From NCBI GenBank assembly GCA_964453605.1, contig CAYVOI010000001.1, positions 612,095-676,094 of the forward strand: a stretch of DNA of 64,000 nucleotides, read 5' to 3'. The notes beneath the pieces are model-generated. The model searched no databases and had not been told where the DNA came from. It worked only from the letters and a program-made list of their open reading frames with translations. The position numbers were made by a program, and so were the translations under genes. Of the stretch, positions 36,865-46,552 are shown one piece after another (position 1 is the stretch's first letter; the number at the start of each line of letters is the position of its first letter). Origin of the DNA: an uncultured Gammaproteobacteria bacterium. Lineage in GTDB: Bacteria > Patescibacteriota > Patescibacteriia > Veblenbacterales > UBA10138.

Positions 36865-37416
36865 ATGCACCTCTCCGCCCGCGCCAAAATGAATGCCTCC
36901 CTAGGCCTCAGCCTGGCGGCGCTGGCTGCCCTGGTAGCGTTTATTATTTGGCCAAGCGTCGACGATATCAAATCCCTGAACCAGGTAATTGAGGGCCAGC
37001 AGGCCGAGCTCGAGCAGCTCTACACCAAGGGCCGCAGTATTAAGCAAACCCTAGAAGAGTACCGGCAGGTGAAACCCACGGTGACCACTCTCAACAACAT
37101 CTACGTCAAGCGCGGCGAAGAACTGAAGCTCATAACAACCCTGGAGCAGGTAGCTCACGACCAGGGGGTCCAGCAAGACCTCACCCAAGCCAGCTCAGGC
37201 GACGAACCCCAGGGGAACACGCTCCAGCTCCAGCTCCACGTCACCGGTACCCTCCCCAAGCTCATTACCTACCTCGGCGCGCTCGAGGCGCTAGACTACT
37301 ACCTCAACATCAACCTGGTCCGCTTGAACACCAACCAGCCGGCCGCTGGCACTGTCACGTCTGGCTCGCCTCAGCTGTCCGCTATTTTCTTAACCACCGC
37401 CTACCTCACACCATGA
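36865..37416 (+). CDS. pilO: PilO-like bitopic protein
   Basis: N-terminal TM with a coiled-coil. Follows pilN. Confidence 0.55.
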   Translation: MHLSARAKMNASLGLSLAALAALVAFIIWPSVDDIKSLNQVIEGQQAELEQLYTKGRSIKQTLEEYRQVKPTVTTLNNIYVKRGEELKLITTLEQVAHDQGVQQDLTQASSGDEPQGNTLQLQLHVTGTLPKLITYLGALEALDYYLNINLVRLNTNQPAAGTVTSGSPQLSAIFLTTAYLTP

Positions 37417-37763
37417 AGCTCACGCTCCACCCCGCACACCTGCCCAAGGTTTCCCTTGGTCGCCTGCTCCGCTGGCTGCCGCTCGCTACCATGGCGCTGC
37501 TGCTCGCCATCTTAGGCTGGTGCCTGGCGTTCCTCTACCAGTACTTCTACCAAACCATCTCTGACGTTAAAGTTGTCCGCACACTGCAGAACCAGGTCAG
37601 CCGAGGACAAATTAACCTGCCGCTCTACCAAGAGGTCTTAGGCAGCTGGCAGAAGAAAAAAGAGTTTAGCCCTGAGCAGGTAGCGGGCTTGCACGACCCC
37701 TTCAGCCCACCCGCCGCAGCCCCGCCCAGCCCTACGCCACCTGCTCCCACCCCTGCTCCCTAA
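37413..37763 (+). CDS. PilP-like small membrane protein with Pro-rich C-terminus
   Basis: Single TM plus a PPAAAPPSPTPPAPTPAP tail. Last gene of the operon. Confidence 0.4.
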   Translation: MKLTLHPAHLPKVSLGRLLRWLPLATMALLLAILGWCLAFLYQYFYQTISDVKVVRTLQNQVSRGQINLPLYQEVLGSWQKKKEFSPEQVAGLHDPFSPPAAAPPSPTPPAPTPAP

Positions 37764-37766
37764 AGC

Positions 37767-37797
37767 AAAAACCATCCCGCCGCGGCGGGATGGTTTT
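37767..37797. terminator. Bidirectional intrinsic terminator (perfect palindrome AAAACCATCCCGCCG/CGGCGGGATGGTTTT)
   Basis: Seen in sequence between the pilus operon (+) and the Nfu gene (-). Confidence 0.85.
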
Positions 37798-37807
37798 ATA
37801 ATTCAAA

Positions 37808-38047
37808 CTAGACCGGCACAACCTCGGTTACTTGGGGCAGGGCTTTCTTGAGCGCCTCTTCCAGGCCGAACTTCAGGGTGATAACCGACATGGCGCAGTG
37901 CTCACACGTGCCTTGGAGAGAAACCAGCACCCGGCCAGTGTCGGGCTCAAAATCTACCAAGCTAATGTGCCCGCCGTGGCCGGTAACGTAGGGCTCGGCC
38001 TCGGCGAGTACTGATTGAATTTTAGATACTACCTCAGTCTGCTCCAT
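37808..38047 (-). CDS. NifU-like Fe-S cluster protein (Nfu-type C-terminal domain)
   Basis: GTCEHCAMS CxxC motif. An extended -10 TGTGGTATACT lies 6 nt before the ATG (MEQTEV), suggesting a leaderless or short-leader mRNA. Confidence 0.7.
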   Translation of the reverse strand: MEQTEVVSKIQSVLAEAEPYVTGHGGHISLVDFEPDTGRVLVSLQGTCEHCAMSVITLKFGLEEALKKALPQVTEVVPV

Positions 38048-38083
38048 AAAGGCAGTATACCACACGAGACGCTTTGTATGCCT

Positions 38084-38788
38084 GGAATAATAAAAGCGTA
38101 GGGGCTCATAAAAAACCCACTACGCTTATGTTGCACCCCCAAACCCATAGGGGGCTTTGTTCGACGAGCCGGCGAGTGCAGTGCCGAACCTCTTGCTGTG
38201 TACAGCAGTTCTGCGTAGTGCTCCTCGGCGGGGGTAATCAGGCCTTGTTACCTGATTTTCTCCAACCCAGCTTCCTCGGCTGGTGCAGCCACTAGGCACC
38301 AACGATGTTGATGTTTGGGTTTTGGTGCCTACCCGTAGGCAGGTGATCCCGGCAAGGCTGCCGTGGGCAAACAACGGATAATGATTGTGGGTGGCGGTGG
38401 TATGGTAATCCTTAAGGCGAAGACCGTCAACAAACGAAAAACCCAGCGGACCGGCGGCGCTGGGGGGGTGTTGTGCGAGCAGGCAGCTCGCTGTTTTGAG
38501 CTTGAGACAAGTACAGAGTGAGCGGGGGGTGGATGCCCCAGACGATAGAAGGTTGGCCTGACGTAGCCGGTAGGCCTTACTGTGTTGATCGTATCGTATT
38601 CTCAGTCTGCTAGCTGTTAAGCTCCCGAAGTGCCATACCCCGATGGCGCTTGCCGCGTAGCTTCCAAACGCGGATTGTGTTGCGTGTGTTACGTGTCGCT
38701 CTGGGCGACGTGCAAGTGCTCGGAAGCTGAGCAGCAGGACCTCGCACTCGGCGAGGATTTTTGTTACCCGCATATAATGGGCAGGTAA
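38084..38788 (-). ncRNA. Candidate large structured ncRNA (about 700 nt) with its own promoter and intrinsic terminator; class unknown
   Basis: Minus-strand TTGACA (38817-38822), 16-bp spacer, TACACT (38795-38800). A minus-strand terminator at 38094-38127 (AAGCGTAG...CTACGCTT) is followed by a U-tract. Many perfect internal hairpins, and the only long ORF (221 aa) has non-protein-like composition. Confidence 0.3.
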
Positions 38789-38852
38789 CACTTGAGTGTA
38801 GGTGATCTGAGCATTTTGTCAAGGGCTAAGCTGTGAATAACCACCAGTAACC

Positions 38853-39602
38853 TCAAAGTTTACCCACAATAATCATTACCTGCGCGCCCTGTGCAACGTC
38901 GCCACCATTCCAATCGTGCACGGCCTGGCTCAAGACGCTCTGCTCGTAGCGGTAGCTTTCGCCGCGCCTGGTGCCCGGGTCATTGGTTATAAACTCGCTG
39001 CCCTGGTAGCCCTTAACGAGCAACATGTGGTACAAGGGCCCCGGCGCTTTGTAGTAAGGGTTACCTAAGCGACGGCCAAGGGCAGGGAGTAGCACCAGCT
39101 GCCGAGACGCCAGAGCAGTGCGCATAGCAGCCGCATCGTAGGGCACTACCTTGGCGCTGAGATGGTAGTAGTTTTTCAGAATGCCTGCCACCTCGGCTGC
39201 CGTGGTGTCCTCAAAAAACCCCAGGTGCTCTTTCTCCCAAGCCACCAGCTTCACAATTTCCTGGTCAGCGTAGGCGGGGTCAAGCTCGAGCGTTTTGTTG
39301 CCCTTAAAAAATTCAGCGGCCATGAGCATGCTGGCCTCTTCACAAGCGTCCTGGTACGGCTCGGCCCAGTTGGCAAACGGCGCCTGGGGCGTAAACGGCA
39401 CGGGCAGCACCACAATGCTGTGGGGCGGTTGAGTTGGAGTTGGGGCAGGGGCCTTAGGCGCAGTAGTAGGTACCGGGGCTGGGGCGGGCGCATTCACCGG
39501 CGGCGGCTGCAGCACAAGGTGTGGAGACTCAGCCTCAGCACAACCCAAGCCAACCAATGACAACCCGAGGACTACCAGACTAAGTTTTTCAAACCTCAAC
39601 AT
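38853..39602 (-). CDS. Secreted C39-like (Peptidase_C39_2) papain-fold domain protein with Pro/Ala-rich linker
   Basis: Start at the internal Met (MLRFEKLSLVVLGLSLVGLGCA signal). QAPFANWAEPYQDACEEASMLMAAEF resembles the C39_2 catalytic Cys region. Confidence 0.55.
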   Translation of the reverse strand: MLRFEKLSLVVLGLSLVGLGCAEAESPHLVLQPPPVNAPAPAPVPTTAPKAPAPTPTQPPHSIVVLPVPFTPQAPFANWAEPYQDACEEASMLMAAEFFKGNKTLELDPAYADQEIVKLVAWEKEHLGFFEDTTAAEVAGILKNYYHLSAKVVPYDAAAMRTALASRQLVLLPALGRRLGNPYYKAPGPLYHMLLVKGYQGSEFITNDPGTRRGESYRYEQSVLSQAVHDWNGGDVAQGAQVMIIVGKL

Positions 39603-39711
39603 ACACCTATGGTAGCGTCGGCGCTCTGGTAGCGCAAACCTGACCCTTGACGAGGTTAACACCATACCCTATACTAAACGACGTTGTTCCCTACTCGTTT
39701 CTAGACTACTT

Positions 39712-39996
39712 ATGGCACATACAAAGGCCGGTGGCTCCACAGCCCTGGGGCGCGATTCCGAAAGCAAGCGCTTAGGCGTTAAGCTTTTTGCTGGCCAATT
39801 TGCTAAAGCTGGCATGGTCATTGTCCGCCAGCGCGGTACCAAGTTCTTCCCTGGGCTTGGGGTTAAGAAGGGCGGGGACGATACCCTATTCGCTGCGACA
39901 AGCGGCGTGGTGCAGTTCCTCAAGAAGTGGCGCCGGGGCTACAACGGCAAGCTCAAACTCGCGAAGGTGGTTACAGTAGTTCCTCAGGAGAAGTAA
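39712..39996 (+). CDS. rpmA: 50S ribosomal protein L27 (with unusual C-terminal extension)
   Basis: [30 protein letters not shown]... canonical L27 N-terminus. 94 aa. Confidence 0.9.
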   Translation: MAHTKAGGSTALGRDSESKRLGVKLFAGQFAKAGMVIVRQRGTKFFPGLGVKKGGDDTLFAATSGVVQFLKKWRRGYNGKLKLAKVVTVVPQEK

Positions 39997-40026
39997 TCTG
40001 TTTAGTTTTATAGTTGAAATACAAAG

Positions 40027-40050
40027 AGGCGCCCACCAGGCGCCCTTTTC
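40027..40050 (+). terminator. Intrinsic terminator after rpmA (GGCGCC-CACCA-GGCGCC + CTTTTCGTT)
   Basis: Self-complementary GGCGCC arms followed by a T-tract. Confidence 0.55.
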
Positions 40051-40060
40051 GTTATCCTAC

Positions 40061-40092
40061 CATTTACCCTTTCGCGCGAAAGGGTAAATGGT
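40061..40092. repeat. 32-bp perfect palindrome CCATTTACCCTTTCGCG/CGAAAGGGTAAATGG
   Basis: Seen in sequence. No U-tract follows, so it is more likely a protein-binding site or structured element than a terminator. Confidence 0.6.
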
Positions 40093-40165
40093 TAAAATAT
40101 TAACGACAAGCTCGCGAAGGTGGTAACGGTCGTAGCACAGGAGAAATAAATTAGAATCTAAAATC

Positions 40166-40200
40166 GTCCGCCTATACGGCGGACGATTTTGTATAATAAA
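40166..40200. terminator. Bidirectional intrinsic terminator (13-bp stem AAAATCGTCCGCC/GGCGGACGATTTT)
   Basis: Follows the stop of the minus-strand gene 40207..40605. Confidence 0.7.
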
Positions 40201-40206
40201 CAGAGC

Positions 40207-40605
40207 TTACTTCTGGTCTGCTAACTCTAGGGACTCTACGCCGTACTCAAACGTGCCGCGCTCGAACTGGACCACTATAGGATACCTGTTCCCTGGATAA
40301 ACACCGTCGAGCGCCTCGTTGTAACCAACCACCTGTCCAACTTCAGGGTTATCAATCATTCTCACGGATGCTCCAGGAATAAAACCCGCGGCGCGGGCTC
40401 GGTCTACAGCGGCTTTCGTATTCTCTGCAGTATTACCTTGTTTTAGCTCTTTAGCCAAACGAAGCAGTTTCTCTAGGTCTTCAGGGTTCTGCGGCAGATG
40501 TTCAACCCCTAAACCAATCCCGGGATTCCTGTATTCCTTACTTGGCATAAGAATGAAGTAAAGTGTAAGTGCCTTTAACGTACTACAACTATTCCGAAAA
40601 ATCAA
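40207..40605 (-). CDS. Hypothetical protein (AT-rich module, gene 3)
   Basis: 132 aa. Overlaps the upstream gene by 4 nt (ATGA). No recognisable motif. Confidence 0.4.
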   Translation of the reverse strand: MIFRNSCSTLKALTLYFILMPSKEYRNPGIGLGVEHLPQNPEDLEKLLRLAKELKQGNTAENTKAAVDRARAAGFIPGASVRMIDNPEVGQVVGYNEALDGVYPGNRYPIVVQFERGTFEYGVESLELADQK

Positions 40606-41279
40606 TCCTTTAACTTACGGTACCTTTCAAAAAACTGCCTCTTAACCCGACGGCTCACTTCGTCTACCACTTTAGCGCGTTTGGAAACCGGCGTGCGGCG
40701 GAGCAGTCTAATTTTTTCCACCGCGGCCCGTTTGAGCTGGGCTCGCCAGCGCTTGTCTTTGAGCGCTAACAAACTATATGCCAGATCCTCTCGCTCAAGC
40801 GCTACACGATTTTTACTGTAGCGTAAAGGTGAGCCATCAAACTCCACACCCATCACCTTAGCCTTGGCGCCAAAAATTTTCCGCGCTAGTGCTTTCATCT
40901 TTTGCTCGCGGCTACGCTCGCAAAAGTAGAGCATTCTGCTTTTCCCTACCATGCGCTTTACAGCCAGCATGTTCTCTAGTGCCGAAAGCTCCCTAACGCA
41001 AGGCTTAATCTTCCAGCTGTTACTCAGCCCCAAACCTCGCACTCGCGGTTGCAACCACTTAGTAATCTCCCCTGCCTCGGTCCGGCGGTAGGGTGCGAAC
41101 AAATCCGTCGGCCCACCGACGGGCATAATGGTCAGCGATTGTTTGCGATACCCCTCCCACAAATAGTTAAACACCTGCACCAGGTAGGCGTGGTACCCAA
41201 GGTCGGTAAAAATATCTCTCGGCACGCCGTAACCGTTGACGGCAGCAAATAATTTTTTCATACACTGAAATCGTATCAA
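40602..41279 (-). CDS. Hypothetical protein with highly basic C-terminal half (AT-rich module, gene 2)
   Basis: 225 aa. K/R-rich C-terminal 90 aa suggests nucleic-acid binding. 3-nt gap to the upstream gene. Confidence 0.45.
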   Translation of the reverse strand: MIRFQCMKKLFAAVNGYGVPRDIFTDLGYHAYLVQVFNYLWEGYRKQSLTIMPVGGPTDLFAPYRRTEAGEITKWLQPRVRGLGLSNSWKIKPCVRELSALENMLAVKRMVGKSRMLYFCERSREQKMKALARKIFGAKAKVMGVEFDGSPLRYSKNRVALEREDLAYSLLALKDKRWRAQLKRAAVEKIRLLRRTPVSKRAKVVDEVSRRVKRQFFERYRKLKD

Positions 41280-41282
41280 AAG

Positions 41283-41726
41283 TCAAATGTCATGCTTCAA
41301 CACTTCCACAGCTTCGCCTAAAATATCCAGGTCTTTTTTCTTCTCCTCGCGGGGTAACATTGAATACCGCTCACGCTGCTCTGAAGATGCAGTGGCAGAA
41401 TTACGATCAAGCCAAAAATCGTGAATTAAATAAAGCACATCTCTCAACTTTTCTATGGCCACCTTAGCGGATGCCACATTCTCCTCTCTCCAGTCTCGTG
41501 GTAAATCTACAAAATTGGTATTTGCAATGTCCAGCTCAGTCTGACCGCCGTGAGCAGCAATCCACTCCTCGTCATTCGTGGATTTAATACGTTTCTCATA
41601 AATACCATCCTTATCTTTTCGCCGCTCTCGCCAATTCTCGTGCATGCCCGACGCAAGCTCTTCAATTAATTTTGTCATGGCTGCCTCGCGCTGGCGCTCC
41701 GGTGAGTTAGTATATGATTCTGACAT
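41283..41726 (-). CDS. RyR (ryanodine-receptor) domain-like protein (AT-rich module, gene 1)
   Basis: HENWRERRKDKDGIY...NFVDLPRDWREENVASAKVAIEKL resembles the bacterial/phage RyR domain pattern (HExW...R..GW.YG...LvpY.eLpe.eK..dR). Confidence 0.45.
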   Translation of the reverse strand: MSESYTNSPERQREAAMTKLIEELASGMHENWRERRKDKDGIYEKRIKSTNDEEWIAAHGGQTELDIANTNFVDLPRDWREENVASAKVAIEKLRDVLYLIHDFWLDRNSATASSEQRERYSMLPREEKKKDLDILGEAVEVLKHDI

Positions 41727-41747
41727 ATTCTTGATGAAAAATATTAG

Positions 41748-43872
<2,125 letters not shown>

Positions 43873-43876
43873 AGAG

Positions 43877-45151
43877 CTAGCGCGTCAGGAGCTCGAGCGC
43901 GCGCTCGAGCTGGGGGTCTAACCCCTTGTCCGCATCTTCTTTGGTGAGCTTGACCTCGATGTCGGGCGTGAGCCCATTCTTGTCAATCGAGCGACCTTTG
44001 GGCGTAAACCACTTAGCAATGGTGAGCTTGACCTCAGAACCGTCTCCGAACTGCTGAATGTCTTGCACCGAGCCCTTGCCAAAGGTCTGCTCACCCACCA
44101 CGGTGGCAAGCTTGTAGTCCTGGAGCGCACCGGTGACTATTTCCGAGGCCGAGGCCGAGCCTTGGTTCACCAGCACCACCGTAGGCACACCAGCCAGGTC
44201 CCCGGGCCCAACGCTCTGGTGAGCGGTAAACTGCGGTGGCTGGCCCTGCTCTTTCACAATCACACCTTTACCTACCCAGTGGCTGGAGAGCGCAATGGCT
44301 TGGCTCAGGTACCCTCCGGGGTCGTTCCGTAAGTCGAGCACAATACCTTTGGGGGCCCTGCCCACCAGCGCGGCCCACTGTTCCCTAAACTTGACGTCAG
44401 TGTCTTCGGCAAAGTGCACCACCCTGAGGTAAGCCACCTGGCCGCGGCCTTCAGGCAGCGGCTTGAGCTCACCCCTAACGGCGGGGACGTCAATACGGGC
44501 ACGCGTAAGCTCAATAACTTTTGGCTCACTCTCGCCTGCCCGCTCGATTACGAGCGTGACCTTAGTGCCGTGGGGTCCACGAATGAGCGAGACGGCGTAG
44601 TCCACGGCGATGCCGGTGGTGTCGAGCTTATCAATGGCTACAATCCTGTCCCCGGCCCTCAAGCCCGCTCGCTCGGCCGGCGTACCAGGGAGCGGCGCAA
44701 TGACCGTGAGGTGCCCTTCCTTAATACCAATTTCCGCGCCAATGCCTTCGAACTTGCCCTCGAGCTCTTGGGCAAAGCTCTTGGCCGTTTCGGGATCCAT
44801 GAACACCGAGTAGGGGTCCCCTAAGCCCCCGACCATACCCTGCAGCGCGCCGTAGAACAGCTTGGTGTCGGGCACTGGGTGCTCAAGGTAGTTATCGTGC
44901 ACGTAGTCCCAGACTTTCCAGAACAGTGAGAAGTCGACGTCTTTGGTGAGGTAGGCGGGTAGCGGCTGGTTGGTGTTGGTGAGGTGGCCCGACACGCTAC
45001 TGCCTGGTGTGCTCTGTACCGTGGCCCCCCCGAGCCAACCCAAAGCAAAACTCAAGATAACAAAAATCGCCACCAGGGTGGCGGGCACAACCCGCTGTGC
45101 GCGGGCTTTCGTAAACGGACTGGGAAGCGGGGTCAGTGGTGAGAAGTTCAT
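43877..45151 (-). CDS. Carboxyl-terminal processing protease (S41, CtpA-like) with PDZ domain
   Basis: PDZ (GDRIVAIDK), S41 catalytic region (VVLVNQGSASASEIVTGALQD), and an N-terminal membrane anchor. Confidence 0.8.
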   Translation of the reverse strand: MNFSPLTPLPSPFTKARAQRVVPATLVAIFVILSFALGWLGGATVQSTPGSSVSGHLTNTNQPLPAYLTKDVDFSLFWKVWDYVHDNYLEHPVPDTKLFYGALQGMVGGLGDPYSVFMDPETAKSFAQELEGKFEGIGAEIGIKEGHLTVIAPLPGTPAERAGLRAGDRIVAIDKLDTTGIAVDYAVSLIRGPHGTKVTLVIERAGESEPKVIELTRARIDVPAVRGELKPLPEGRGQVAYLRVVHFAEDTDVKFREQWAALVGRAPKGIVLDLRNDPGGYLSQAIALSSHWVGKGVIVKEQGQPPQFTAHQSVGPGDLAGVPTVVLVNQGSASASEIVTGALQDYKLATVVGEQTFGKGSVQDIQQFGDGSEVKLTIAKWFTPKGRSIDKNGLTPDIEVKLTKEDADKGLDPQLERALELLTR

Positions 45152-45231
45152 GGCCAAACAAAAAATACCTGGCACTGAGTGTAGCACGCCCTGGAGCTCA
45201 CGGTCAAAAACGGGGCCTCGGAGCCTCCCCT

Positions 45232-46482
45232 CTACTCTCGCCGGAGGTGTGCCCCCACCGCCCGCAGGCGCTTATCCAGGTGCTCGTAGCCCCTATCCAC
45301 CAGTTCTACGTCGTGGATCACGGTTTCACCCTGGGCCATAAGCCCAGCGATGATGAGCGTGGCACCGGCCCGAAGGTCAAAGGAACGTATCTCGCGGCCG
45401 TAGAGCGGGGTCGGGCCGGTAATAACCACGCGGTGTGGGTCAGCCACTACGGCATTGGCGCCCATCGTAATCAGCTCGGCAATGTGGTTGAGCCTGCCCT
45501 CATACAAAGGATCGTGGATCAGTGAGGTGCCGCTCGCCTGCGTGGCGAGTAGGCTGAACGGCGCCTGCAGGTCTGTAGGAAACCCGGGGTAGGGTAGCGC
45601 CTGCAGCTTGAATGGTTTGAGCTGACGGCTAGCGCTAACGTTCAACCTATCGCCTGTTAGCGTATAGTGAACGCCGACCTCTTTGAGCTTGAGAAGTACA
45701 AGCTTCAAGTGTTCCGGCACTACCGGCCCAATCGTAAGCTCGCCGCGCGAAACAGCCGCCAGCACGGCCCAGGTGCCAGCCTCTGTACTGTCAGGAATTA
45801 CGTGGTGCGTGGCACCGTGGAGCGAAGCCACACCTTGAATCTCCAGGTGGTGTGTGCCCACGCCGCTGATTTTGGCACCCATGGAACTCAGGAACACACA
45901 CAGATCAGCCACGTGGGGCTCAGCCGCTGCTACATCAATTGTGGTAGTGCCGGGCGTTAACACTGCTGCCATGAGCACGTTCTCGGTGGCCGTGACAGAA
46001 AACTCCGGCAGCGTCACGGCCGCCCCTCGCCGGTTCGGCCAGCTCAAGCTGTACCCCTCACCGGCTGGTTCAACCCTCACGCCGAGCTGGCGAAAGCCCT
46101 CCAGGTGGGCTGACAGTGGCCGGTTGCCGATAATGCAGCCGCCTGGCTCAGGCAGGTGCACTTGCCCCAGGCGCGCCAGCAGGGGCCCAAACAACAGCAC
46201 GGACGAGCGCATGCTCTTTACCGGCTGCTCGCCCAAAGCTTTGAGGGTCACGGACTGGGCCTTAAGCCGCACGGTGTGACCCTCTCGCACAACGCTCACG
46301 CCCAGCTCGCGGAGAAGTTCGAGCATGCGCTCGACATCTGAAATCTCGGGCACGTTCTCAACCACACACTCGTCGGTCGTCAGCAAGCAGGCCGCGAGTA
46401 TGGGCGTAGCCGCGTTCTTTGAACCCGGCACCGTGACCTCACCCCGGAGGCTCCGGCCACCTTCTACCACGAGCTTCGCCAT
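45232..46482 (-). CDS. murA: UDP-N-acetylglucosamine 1-carboxyvinyltransferase MurA
   Basis: MAKLVVEGGRSLRGEVTVPGSKNAA N-terminus; EPSP-synthase fold, 416 aa. Confidence 0.9.
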   Translation of the reverse strand: MAKLVVEGGRSLRGEVTVPGSKNAATPILAACLLTTDECVVENVPEISDVERMLELLRELGVSVVREGHTVRLKAQSVTLKALGEQPVKSMRSSVLLFGPLLARLGQVHLPEPGGCIIGNRPLSAHLEGFRQLGVRVEPAGEGYSLSWPNRRGAAVTLPEFSVTATENVLMAAVLTPGTTTIDVAAAEPHVADLCVFLSSMGAKISGVGTHHLEIQGVASLHGATHHVIPDSTEAGTWAVLAAVSRGELTIGPVVPEHLKLVLLKLKEVGVHYTLTGDRLNVSASRQLKPFKLQALPYPGFPTDLQAPFSLLATQASGTSLIHDPLYEGRLNHIAELITMGANAVVADPHRVVITGPTPLYGREIRSFDLRAGATLIIAGLMAQGETVIHDVELVDRGYEHLDKRLRAVGAHLRRE

Positions 46483-46552
46483 GGTACACTGGATTAGTCT
46501 TAAGCTAGCTCAGTGTAGCTAAACCAACGTCACCTCGCAAGGCAGACCACCT

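Noticed and set aside
38480-38560. Possible rRNA (23S 5'-end-like GGTGGATGCC...CGATAGAAGG) or tmRNA/RNase P identity for the intergenic RNA
   Set aside because: Only short partial matches. The T-loop, acceptor and P4 consensus elements are absent on either strand.
38126-38791. 221-aa minus-strand ORF as a protein-coding gene
   Set aside because: R/S/T/G/H-rich, with no hydrophobic core periodicity and no motif, in a region dense in RNA hairpins. Treated as a probable read-through frame of a structured RNA, although a leaderless unusual protein cannot be fully excluded.
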